Positions 35,601-39,836 of a stretch of DNA of 64,000 nt are shown here, in pieces. Every line of letters begins with the position of its first letter. The stretch's first letter is position 1. Below the pieces are notes generated by a model. The model was not told where the DNA came from, did not search any database, and saw only the letters and a program-made list of their open reading frames with translations. Made by a program: the position numbers and the translations under genes. The stretch spans positions 1 to 64,000 of IMG/VR virus record IMGVR_UViG_3300045988_101878. The stretch is one strand, 5' to 3'. Source of the DNA: a virus.

Positions 35601-37552
35601 ATCCGAGAGCGGCACAGGCTTTGAATGGAATGCTGGAGAATGGCAAGGCAAGCCAAAAGTGGTTGCAGACTGTGACACGATGGATGGCTATGGCCTCAAC
35701 ATCGTGGAGTCCGGAGTTTGTAATGAGAAACATCGTGAGAGACGCGGAATTTGCATCTTCGCATGTGAGGGCAAAGGAAGGTGGAATATATGCTAAGAAA
35801 TGGGCACGCTATTATGGTGAGCTTAATCCGCTGAATGTGTTCTACAATGAGGGCGCAGGAAGATTGAAGAGCATGAAGATGAAAGACTTCAAGAATGGTG
35901 TAGGCTTCGGACTGTATGCCCGATACAGAGAGGGCACGCTTGGCAACTCGAAGATGGAGCGATACTTCAAGGAGTTCATGGAGAACGGTGGCGAAACAGG
36001 TTTTGTTCAGTTGTTCTCGATGCACGACATGGAGAAGAGCTACAAGAGTATCGTTGAGAAGGAGTCGGCAAAGGGCGCGAAGAAGGTTATGGTTAATGCT
36101 ATGGAAGTGCTTAAGAATTTAGGCAAAAACGTGGAGAGTTTGAATGAGGTGGCTGAGAATATGGCACGCTTCGCCACGTATTGCACTTCAAGGGACTTGG
36201 GACGTTCGGCAGCAAGAAGCGCGTATGACGCAAAGGAGGTTTCGACAAACTTCAACCGTCATGGTTCGGGCGATGAAATAAAGAGCTTCAAGAACGGAGA
36301 AATGAGCGGTTGGCAGAAGACAAAACGAAACACATACGGCTTTGTGGCTGGCTACCTAAGAAACTACTCGATGTTCTTCAATGCTGGCATTCAGAGCACG
36401 AACCTGCTGTTCAAGAATATCAAACGTGCGCCTGTGGGTACCGCTGTTGCTATGACCTCTGCCCCGTTTGCCTTAGCGTTGATTATGGCTGCTGTCAACA
36501 ATGCTATTATACAGAATGAGGATGATAAGGACAGAGGCAACGTGAAGGATCCGTATGGCGAGTTGCCTGACTATATCAGACGAAACAATCTGTGTATATA
36601 TGTGGGCAATAACAAATTTGTGACTGTGCCGTTGGCCATTGAGCTGAGAGCGTTCTATAGTCTTGGTGACTTGGCAGCAGGACAGACGTTTGCCAAGAAC
36701 GTGAAGAGTCAGAGAAACATAGCGATGGATGCTGTGGGCTGTATGTCGCAGCTATTCCCGGTAACGGACTTCTTGAATAATCCGAATTATGAAAAGAGCT
36801 TGGAAAATGGAGTTGGTATGACTATTAAAGGTCTTGCTCCTACTGCTATAGTTCCGTTCATTGAGTGGTGGCTTAACAACGACTGGAAGGGTGCGCCAAT
36901 AAGACGAACGGGCGATAAGACAGAGCTTAACCCGGCATGGCAGAACGCCTATAATAATGTTCCGGCAAGACTTGTGGACTTGAACAAGTGGGTGAACGCC
37001 AAGACTAACAACATAGCTCCTGGCAATCCGGAAATGAAGGGTAACGATGCTCTTGACTGGATTACAGACCCGTCGATGCTTAATCATTTCTATAGCTCGT
37101 GGAGTGGCGGAATGGGCACATTCGTTCAGCGTACTGCAGGCTTGGGTGCAAAGGCAACGACTGGCAAGGCTGACGAGATAGAAGTGGGCGACGTGCCATT
37201 CTTGCGCTCACTCTTCTATACTCCAAGAGAACAGTCGAGCATGGCGAGAACCAAAGCCAAATGGTATAACTACAAGGAGGAAATGGAACAGACTATCGCC
37301 AATAACGACAAGCTGAAATCGAAGAACGTGCCGACGATGAAGAGGATTGAAAATGCTGCTGTATTAGAGAAGTTCGAAGGTTCGCCTGAGCAAAGAAAGG
37401 TGAATATCATCAAGAATGCGGAAAAGCGAATGAGACACTGGAACACTATGAAAAAGAAGTGGGCCGATGATAAGAAGCAGGTGGACTTTGCGAACCATAA
37501 TATTGAGATGATAATGCAGGAGGCGGTGGAGGAATTGGATAGGATTGAATGA
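20615..37552 (+). CDS. giant polyvalent multi-domain protein (5,645 aa): ParB-like + zincin + N6-adenine DNA methyltransferase + SNF2/strawberry-notch-type helicase + second zincin + C-terminal membrane segment
   Basis: Uninterrupted ORF in the supplied track. Motifs read directly: SHDP...LLSGNGTTMG, HESVH, EPSAGNG...NPPFG, GDMTGIGKGRQ, LILDESH, GISLHAS, QMRGRIDRTGQ, WHETVGHKG. Confidence 0.8.
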   Translation: MAIDRSKLQRMYKLMADNGYTQDYNTFEKKFTGDSNYANRKAVYDLFTKNGADLGGSYEEFMRKLQKPRATKPQQQPKTALGRAQQSVAQQKWGGYGGAVTPMQNDSELVRGLKNADAAQRLQVPVSYAKPGAVKQMVKQTRERQHVVGQNVEQAGRRTMQPLREEEKKNRTPVFDTGNKNLNQYVVNTQGQMERQMMDSGREIAGDHLGDYISYNIRNEFDAAAKRGLEAESALSKASPFASMVAGKAYNDALDPDMLIKNLSKKAESDMANILSDPKVLENIGVKAAAYGVDPEEYVNKIFAPGLQAKIAEEFEKSELSRNMPKSTAEYIIRGVNDSMIGTILSMSMMSKKQRQYAQQGMAMTDNGENPDVNPNMGARVARGTLSFVADAPVFGAAGKAGAAVAGKVFGNGVAQMARVANSSLGGRIARMAGSGMVSQGVTGVLYGSTNAAVQNYSTGDDTSIGNTVKLMTMGGVSEGASWATMGGIGGAVGGSLYNVSGFKRIPAKVFQIAMEGVGMHMGGNVAKMIEGHDTDWLSVEGNLEACANVVALKLTHARLPKRYAKDGKKESYLGMVARNLYNLTVSDRQRTALGGYTFTNEEKEQLFGSANAPRRKEYTYGYDKYDVPLTRSENLIDWALRTKKTTARGKGEESYNGTDAEFVKTAYDEIMADNTIPWDTKAKFSALVMGTVPSARPMMDHIAIERDERGAYVGEYSLYGELLSKNRYKTADEYVSIKYNLGAKKENQRLSNAYGAAQIKDEKAAQETLETVAETFGFTAEQLKAAMDKDPLKRSEEEQNACVALRKAYEGEQFPEGTLHPDQSQTEGKDVVEENNLGTENPNNEAVAEVLNNMNNAEKAFNAALESNDVLKQEYERLAKEGLSEPQIYMELFNSGLTQEQLAPFADYINAKAKAVGMYRGTEQKIAETVQKHVEQWSYKGELNGEKQEGGQMVFVKDNKGRLLIVGAGDVAFDNDGRARESVGDMLSVLDAEKGEMDFVSVKDVKLERTVASEEYAKEYQELLEVKNSEVYAQNEQQKQMENAAGGVTPEGGKPEQPITEQGNAETTVQTGEANKPVRTFADGSPVPMTKDSKGRETAAYSMMTPEQGAEWIEKTFGEDAEAVADGKIERAKKDLSKAEKMDIDMTADDADVLEAKTKKKAAIEAAQKELELYTNIKMAMVEKKVKATMEKENTVGEVDSASRVSDAVREKFEKSKKIPGRRGSITLPDGTKITGQYFYGEVSGLTPSHDPFNDFKQNEGFPVNEDGSSSNSRSYKDKESRLFTEKIGRDFGGQALKNVPVVQDGILLSGNGTTMGKQLAERYGTDGKYYESLSENAEGFGWTPKQIEEAGFKGTVYFVPDKKMPLTSKTFDLFNKQETKSIGNTEQSVKNAKVLDTDEISAIVSEIEGSGSLDAFFNNPTAINSLLKRLIDKGVIGLNEVAGLREGENKLSASGKDFVRNLLLGSVFSEDTIRMMGADAGLKSKALNGIRAVLDNMKLGDYALRGEIDKAVQLVYEARQQGGDVDAYLRTPAMFGENAADRYDPISQAIALALDGKAEDFRDLMMAYNRNAAHYADANQLDVFGDRPTKEEFINEFLKLRNWKNYETRRSENEGNGDVGGTQGSEPETSGGNEQTEGEGVTPTGAGAGSPMDPDRFDRAVEQLKTAKGEERERILDQMEEYVNEFAESNGYDKPVVLRTKKDLADAAKDPDDKFAIENMPDDAHNPGYYEDGKIHIYLEGSRGSKELRETFEHESVHADNDADPSRVEMLISSVNETGEITFEELEKVVETLSNSDRYSYLAEKLDYNDGLRMLADEALAHLVAHAYKNGIDAMSDITKNSTLLYIAKKSFKFRENERQRQERESISGSTEQQRKKVDVQPTQEHSGTVGENNEGKSGVVTDASIGTGIRDNEGEGETINDRRRKEGLAKSGDKTLERKNLDDVSTEENGGALEGDKEGKPENDNGGSPDRDIQAGEEQREVEEKAIFEQRKAEYLKALKEGKTGKELENAKLHYKFSFLDYQNIMGVTDAESLEKLWKRELESAKDSNGIGSEEALAILPKKEEKTFDPIGKAAENYKKDHPLTDEEIRSSDVDDIAKDMAVDYLNGEVTDDLHRAVYESIYEKVKDAKMKNATKQADNKTETTETPNVEASASPIEGMKNAAEKFAKEKEAAVEAMGEVKKPQQKADDAAVEASNKKVNDLWNDLLKAGREDLSASFIGLNARQLEVLPKLVSAMAENAYLRIKRGMHNLEDVVKEMRKEFAPAAQVFKKEDVDAIYEQMMNIRYRDGEQRMSLKEWADYYEKISPKHKEELVGDSKEAEERKIREKKFIDKVNLRLGFGQKINGIVELRKMAEECGLKDVKDTDLQELAETAIVQRARGIASSESTNNTEKFKRIKKLYENQPSLNQRDSERVMKQQYSTPAPYAFLADMYVKAGIEVKSALEPSAGNGMLTIGLPKDAVHVNDIDAQRLANLQRQGFKNVTSQDGTQPFADKDVDVVVTNPPFGSATPRDYDGYTISSLEGQMAINALESMKDNGRAAIIIGGKTEYAKNGSLNPKDKAFLGYLYSHYNVEDVINVDGSLYAKQGTTYPTRIILINGRRFDENAYPPVKDKARAEAVKSYDELYKRINDDILRSGRMDSPVGEGGEDANAKPNRPSVADANEEGVRAGGNGGGEQKPSVRTGGVHDKTAEPVSDNVLGTEGGTKPGENGGLPDGAIGANGAGTEPTSSKEPTTGTNKQRGNEPGGNGRPNTQPNADETTDAGNGGRPRGQLERVDKPVRGLSAEKVAYTPRSENPFTLKAVMPADQQEAVNKNLEKLGDADQFLVDELGYNDKADLYAHLAAEQVDSVALALQQAKKGNAFIIGDMTGIGKGRQAASLIRYAKNQGQVPVYFTKTAGLLSDVYRDLVDIGSKELRPFVFGSAKEAAITDADGNVVFALPSKNEVKRVLDYIEKNGELPKEYDYVLTTYSQVSNGVYEFDENGNRKERKLAKGKKFGAAAISGQARRDAIEKLMKNGYLILDESHTAGGDSGQGNYFQHIIQKAKNVTFFSATFAKRPDNMPIYALRTAMNQGGMKASDLIDAVKRGGATLQEIMSQALTQCGQMIRRERDMTGVTIDWKAIDDPEVVAEQREQYDSIIGLFNDIINFQRTYVSAYVDRRNEELAEVQSSMGIKRGTEALGIKNQPFASKAFNTVQQVLLSLKAKSAAERAIDYLKQGMKPVIALNNTNESQTGNLALGEEMDAPDLGTSLKKGLEGTLRYTSKNAKDESESGYINLKDLGADAVEAYHALEEKIRKTSTGLSLSPIDVIKNELTKAGYKVGELTGRQTEFVYNENGTVTKVKRADTDKKKLAREFNDGQIDALILNKSAATGISLHASSKYADQRKRVMIVAQQQLDVNDEVQMRGRIDRTGQVARGAYEYVVSLIPAEQRLLMMFKAKLKSLDANTTSSQKSKFNEMEVADITNKYGDKVVKEYMAEHLDLYARMADPFGWEKSYGADLSTVDPQKLVSSSDGMNSEAGGDANKLLGRMALLKVKEQEKMLQEIGDLYAAEIQRLNEMGENDLEITELPLKAKTLDRIIWKEGTEPGGDNAFADNTYIEKVNMAVLKKPMKAEEVKKAQDGLTGGKSWDEYRKEKLTAAKEYFDKKIAEATQKYEERAVKAATKVKEKYIKEAKKGQKETGVSDEQIEKTAGYQYENAYNDEKTKLDEVVKNLKAKYGVFERALETFNTEDAFVLPTDMNNPAELSGFGNSYGRLIDIKITDNFSPNASTISFATLDGRRKITFPINGKAGLGIDKVDVIEIIDRQTRQASSLGDKNLRVLSMDASNWDKLTSNESRKDGYIITGNLLQGLIDTKAEFLGAQLVKYTTDTGEVKTGILLSGNVKLKNLANEKPINSVAEKFELPSNKGGITEVTSSDGDVKIEQSSVYTREESNYNIRVPKSNKKGGKYFLDKELLQMVVGGNFETRGNTMFAQIKTGKLKDVLDRLSELGVKVKEESKVHYRMELGNTFSDSKEHFDAVRDRAVEEKGIVMPNLNKEKVKVVEVEKSPFGDNIETSLKNAREWAKENLVTTGKTEMPIMRDGTSYTISKRAVEKYLSESAVRKSENLDIHLSVLPKLTDVVHESIEAEIHPDYKKGEDGIRGIENGYGEGILVHRLYGAVELDGKMYRVKTTMQEFRGGEENKPHSYEVTKIELLDSPGKRENPDRPPLVSSNNSKNITSEGSEKANESDSLPLNSATNGYISTAKLLQGVEKSYDSGKKLLDESKDLTDGETFFRKEGDGVVTPEKTSNAMSERIIKTVEKVAKRTGGKVKMVNSVEEIENPKVRKDIENGKQVTGWYDEKTGEVHLYMPNIHDTYTAEKTVWHETVGHKGMRGLLGDKFDSYMRDLWMDLDNPINAELRAYVKEKMNMNHLGFYDAIEEFIAKSAEDGKGEPGFWNYIKNKVTDALHEIGYRVSPNVKDVKYMLWLAKNVQKHGDSPLWKLRAEAVRWKIEHEKTEYTKIEGGELYDNDGKSHDFESMSREEWLEATDGEIHYRTTPSAATALDRYHHALDRHSYMATEAFMDNMLSLKKLMEAIDPSIRKIEDVASSMNPYLMQNITEGKMSDKSKLFEIRYMDPLSKAMSSVLDSFDGKKVEDRIRNFNLYMIRKHGLERNRVLFVRDKIREERKVKSEESNSIDALETAWKGEKYDLRKKLDSGQIDLKEYYRQMDEWIVTNLDKDFKAEEHDYSGMHGLQGIADKKAAYDDAGAIDEVMSQEASMESMKKGSVADFWKKVKAATDYSVNSDYESGLISQITHDGVLGMFDWYVPLRKFDEATAEDVYGYVTEMGDPSNYIGTTLMNAKGRKSLSNVEILAQIGLMGNRAIRNGGQNTIKQAFARFVRNSGEQNLVKETKVWVEKIGTDRNGNDIWEEAYPKIPEGAEADEVAEIVDAFETDMRAKQAKGEAKSLSNSTDIGFKFQRAKDKSQHFVDVKIAGRTHRFVVLGNPRAAQALNGMLENGKASQKWLQTVTRWMAMASTSWSPEFVMRNIVRDAEFASSHVRAKEGGIYAKKWARYYGELNPLNVFYNEGAGRLKSMKMKDFKNGVGFGLYARYREGTLGNSKMERYFKEFMENGGETGFVQLFSMHDMEKSYKSIVEKESAKGAKKVMVNAMEVLKNLGKNVESLNEVAENMARFATYCTSRDLGRSAARSAYDAKEVSTNFNRHGSGDEIKSFKNGEMSGWQKTKRNTYGFVAGYLRNYSMFFNAGIQSTNLLFKNIKRAPVGTAVAMTSAPFALALIMAAVNNAIIQNEDDKDRGNVKDPYGELPDYIRRNNLCIYVGNNKFVTVPLAIELRAFYSLGDLAAGQTFAKNVKSQRNIAMDAVGCMSQLFPVTDFLNNPNYEKSLENGVGMTIKGLAPTAIVPFIEWWLNNDWKGAPIRRTGDKTELNPAWQNAYNNVPARLVDLNKWVNAKTNNIAPGNPEMKGNDALDWITDPSMLNHFYSSWSGGMGTFVQRTAGLGAKATTGKADEIEVGDVPFLRSLFYTPREQSSMARTKAKWYNYKEEMEQTIANNDKLKSKNVPTMKRIENAAVLEKFEGSPEQRKVNIIKNAEKRMRHWNTMKKKWADDKKQVDFANHNIEMIMQEAVEELDRIE
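24362..24568 (+). other. ParB/sulfiredoxin-like (DdrB-type) domain signature within the giant ORF
   Basis: LTPSHDPFNDF...VPVVQDGILLSGNGTTMG resembles the DdrB-like ParB domains described in polyvalent proteins. Confidence 0.5.
25880..25894 (+). other. first HExxH zincin motif within the giant ORF
   Basis: IHIYLEGSRGSKELRETFEHESVHAD. Confidence 0.55.
26190..26381 (+). CDS. candidate overprinted gene A: 63-aa ribbon-helix-helix-like protein in the +1 frame of the giant ORF
   Basis: Complete ATG..TAA ORF and paralogue of the next ORF. Shows a CopG/Arc-like strand-helix-turn-helix pattern (RKSMFSLHKSTVELWEKIMKENPELSQMQALGQAF). Confidence 0.45.
   Translation: MKDSDKNENQLVEVLSNSGRKSMFSLHKSTVELWEKIMKENPELSQMQALGQAFVIMKEKEKQ
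26382..26570 (+). CDS. candidate overprinted gene B: 62-aa ribbon-helix-helix-like paralogue in the +1 frame of the giant ORF
   Basis: Starts immediately after the stop of A (CAA TAA ATG). GGAG lies 9 nt upstream. Sequence RISMMYLPKKTVEHWREIRKANPKMTMEEALIETF. Confidence 0.45.
   Translation: MTEEEKKDLQRVEIRHSSGRISMMYLPKKTVEHWREIRKANPKMTMEEALIETFKQEKNSEK
27959..28147 (+). other. N6-adenine DNA methyltransferase core (motif I to motif IV) within the giant ORF
   Basis: Motif I LEPSAGNGML, then VVTNPPFGS (NPPF catalytic motif) in gamma-class order. Confidence 0.8.
28575..28979 (+). CDS. speculative +1-frame ORF encoding a 134-aa strongly acidic helical protein inside a second low-complexity linker
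   Basis: GAAGGAGGAG lies 3-4 nt upstream of ATG 28575. Sequence MLTQNLIDRALLTLMKREYEQEETEE...MEDFLMELLEQ. T-poor DNA could keep this frame open by chance. Confidence 0.2.
   Translation: MLTQNLIDRALLTLMKREYEQEETEEANKSLQFVLEEYMTRLPNQFPTMYWGQKEEPSQEKMEDFLMELLEQTEQGQSLLQARNQPLEPTSSEEMNQEEMDDLTLSQMLMKLPMPGTEGDHGDNWSGWTNPYVD
29225..30874 (+). other. SNF2/strawberry-notch-like helicase core within the giant ORF
   Basis: Motif I GDMTGIGKGRQ (29225), motif II LILDESH (DESH at 29696), GISLHAS, motif VI QMRGRIDRTGQ (30842). Confidence 0.75.
33734..33751 (+). other. second HExxH zincin motif within the giant ORF
   Basis: GEVHLYMPNIHDTYTAEKTVWHETVGHKGMRGLLG. Confidence 0.55.
36433..36510 (+). other. 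predicted transmembrane helix near the C-terminus of the giant ORF
   Basis: VGTAVAMTSAPFALALIMAAVNNAII. Confidence 0.5.
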
Positions 37553-37556
37553 TATG

Positions 37557-37590
37557 AAAAAGTGGCGAACTTTAACGGTTCGCCACTTTT
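37557..37590. terminator. bidirectional rho-independent terminator
   Basis: AAAAA-GTGGCGAAC-tttaacg-GTTCGCCAC-TTTT, between convergent genes. Confidence 0.85.
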
Positions 37591-37617
37591 ATTTGTAAAT
37601 CTATTATGTTTATCTCT

Positions 37618-38484
37618 TTACACAAACAGAGCATCTATATCTTCATTGCTCATCACTTCTATGTTCTCACTGCCATCGATTGGCTTCAATACTGAGGCAG
37701 TATCATCCCACACATAGGCCTTATTGTCACAAAGATAAACCTTGTTCTTCTTTGGTGTACGACCCTCTGAAGTAAAATTACCAAAAGCCTCAGCGCCACT
37801 CCAGTTGCCATAATATTTTCCTGAGCTTACTGCAACGAAGGTCTTTGTCACGTTCAAAAACACAATTTGATAACTACTACCTGTAAAACTTTGATTGTTT
37901 ATAGTTGGCTTCATAAGCACGGTACTTATAGAGTCAAAATTGGCTACATCACTGAAATCGCCATTATTCACTCTTTCCACAACCCTGTCATACAGAGTTG
38001 TGTCCACCTCTGGCTTATATTCACCAAGCTTCTCCCATTTAGATGCGTCATAGGCAGCACTTGTATTTCCAGTGTAAATATACTCTGCATACAAGTTCTG
38101 TTCCTCAGTATCATCACCCTCAATCAGCATCAGGTATATTTTATTCTTGTTGATGCCACTTGTTGGCAGGGCTGTCACAATCTGGAACAGGGTGGTGTCC
38201 AGATTGTTCGGGTCAACAACCCTTGTCCATCCACTTGCTCCCTTACGGTTGGCCCAGTTGGTCAGTCGGTACTTGCCAACACCCTTCACATACCATTCTT
38301 GACCCAATGCCAACGCTGTGTCCGTCTCCTCTGGGTTAAGCAACTGCCAATCAAACAGTGCATACAGAGCTGTCAAGCTCGCCACCACTCTATGACCACC
38401 TAAATGTCTTGAGTCACCCAATGCGAAACCAGTTGCTGACACGTTACTTGGTGTCAGCGTATTTGCTTGTTTTAATGATGCCAT
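37618..38484 (-). CDS. tail-fibre-associated protein (288 aa)
   Basis: Located in the tail-fibre cluster. Its C-terminal motif SNEDIDALFV is shared with 43430-43987. Confidence 0.5.
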   Translation of the reverse strand: MASLKQANTLTPSNVSATGFALGDSRHLGGHRVVASLTALYALFDWQLLNPEETDTALALGQEWYVKGVGKYRLTNWANRKGASGWTRVVDPNNLDTTLFQIVTALPTSGINKNKIYLMLIEGDDTEEQNLYAEYIYTGNTSAAYDASKWEKLGEYKPEVDTTLYDRVVERVNNGDFSDVANFDSISTVLMKPTINNQSFTGSSYQIVFLNVTKTFVAVSSGKYYGNWSGAEAFGNFTSEGRTPKKNKVYLCDNKAYVWDDTASVLKPIDGSENIEVMSNEDIDALFV

Positions 38485-38515
38485 ATCTTATTTCTTTTTT
38501 TAGTTCAACATAATT

Positions 38516-39682
38516 TTAAGCAATCTCCAGGAACGAGTTGTTCTTCAGCGCACCTGGTTTGTCGGTTCTGTACACATAATAATCGATAGCCACACCTGCT
38601 GCATTTGTCACGCTCACTTCACTCTTCACGAAGCCACCGTCCAGCAATGGTGTTGCGCCGTTCTGCACAATCTTCGACAACTCACCCATAGCCTTCGGAT
38701 AAGCTATCACGTAATACTGTGAGTCAGTAGCTGATATACCAGTTAGTTTTGCTACCTTGGTGTTGTTCAGATCCGTGCCACTCAGCGCCTTCACCACAGC
38801 AGCTGTCACTGTCTTCTCAGTAGTCAATCCCCAGTATCTTCTATGTAGGAATCTCACCTTAGCAGTGGCAGTCTTTGTGTCGTTGCCATTGGCCAGTACC
38901 ACGCTGCTGCCACTTACCATCAGTCCTGTCTTTGCTGCCGCCAAGGTTGCGCTAATGGTTGTGTCAGTCTTCAGTCCCGTAGCTGTATACACCACTGATG
39001 CCACGCCTGACGCTGGCAGTGTGGTCCAGTTACCACTTACACTCTCTGGTTTCTTCTTGCCCGATGCAGTCTTCCACGAGAAGGTGCCTGTCCAGTCCAC
39101 CATAAAACCATTCTCCACATCAAGACTGTTGTTTGTTGATGTGCTGCTCTGTGTGCCACTCGCTGTCTTCACGGTGAATGTGCCACTGATAGTTGGTGTC
39201 ACAAGCTCCTTGTTCTCGTTAGCCATCTTGCTTACTGTCTTAACCGCTTCGAGCACATAGTCGTCAGCTCCAGGTCTCCATTCAGACCAAGTACCTTTTA
39301 CAATGCCAGATTCTGTTGAAGCCATTGCATGGTTGTAGAAGCGATAATACTGGTACATCTTACCATCATGATGTGCTGATGATGCGTTTATTTTGCCTTC
39401 TGCCGTTGGCACCATGTTTGTCACAAGCACCTGCGTCACCTGGTGTCCCATGTTGTCACTGAACATATACATCTGGCCCACTGAGTAAGTTTTGGTGTTT
39501 AGTGTCTGCACAACCTTGTATCTCGTTGGCAGATTACCCTTTATAAATTCCTCAATCTTGCCGCTGAAGTCAATGTCAGCAATGTCCACACTCGCTGCCT
39601 CGCCGCCATGCTTGGCTATATACGTCTTCATGTTGTCCGTATACCGCTTTAGACCTTCCTTGTCAAGAAAAATTTTCTTCAT
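38516..39682 (-). CDS. tail fibre/receptor-binding protein (388 aa) with an N-terminal domain paralogous to 43430-43987
   Basis: Shared blocks DIDFSGKIEEFIKG..PTRYKV, MFSDNMGHQVTQVLVTN, GKMYQYYRFYN, KGTWSEWRPGADDY. The C-terminal part is Thr/Ser/Ala/Gly-rich and beta-like. Confidence 0.55.
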   Translation of the reverse strand: MKKIFLDKEGLKRYTDNMKTYIAKHGGEAASVDIADIDFSGKIEEFIKGNLPTRYKVVQTLNTKTYSVGQMYMFSDNMGHQVTQVLVTNMVPTAEGKINASSAHHDGKMYQYYRFYNHAMASTESGIVKGTWSEWRPGADDYVLEAVKTVSKMANENKELVTPTISGTFTVKTASGTQSSTSTNNSLDVENGFMVDWTGTFSWKTASGKKKPESVSGNWTTLPASGVASVVYTATGLKTDTTISATLAAAKTGLMVSGSSVVLANGNDTKTATAKVRFLHRRYWGLTTEKTVTAAVVKALSGTDLNNTKVAKLTGISATDSQYYVIAYPKAMGELSKIVQNGATPLLDGGFVKSEVSVTNAAGVAIDYYVYRTDKPGALKNNSFLEIA

Positions 39683-39836
39683 AACTTTTGTTTTTGTTTA
39701 AAATTACTAAAATAAATTATTAAATGTACTTTTATTACTAAACCCTTGTTAAAGTCAAATATGTTGAAACTTTGTAATACAGTTTCTCAATTTGTTTTAT
39801 GTTACCTTGTTTTTTTCTATGTTGATTATCATTGTT

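Noticed and set aside
21665-35733. Many long antisense ORFs inside the giant gene (e.g. 33443-34840, 465 aa; 21665-22720, 351 aa; 22823-23731, 302 aa; 19271-20146, 291 aa just upstream).
   Set aside because: Their products are Leu/Ser/His/Arg/Cys-rich and low in complexity. That is what is expected from reading the complement of a GAR/AAR-rich sense strand. They tile the sense ORF without start or stop logic and carry no motifs. I treat them as shadow ORFs.
20615-37552. The giant ORF as a crAss-like virion-packaged RNA polymerase.
   Set aside because: I could not see a DxDGD-type catalytic motif. The nearest is SSDGDV at about 32390, which lacks the first Asp. The recognisable motifs are instead methyltransferase, helicase, ParB-like and zincin. 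The scan was by eye only, so a profile search should still be run.
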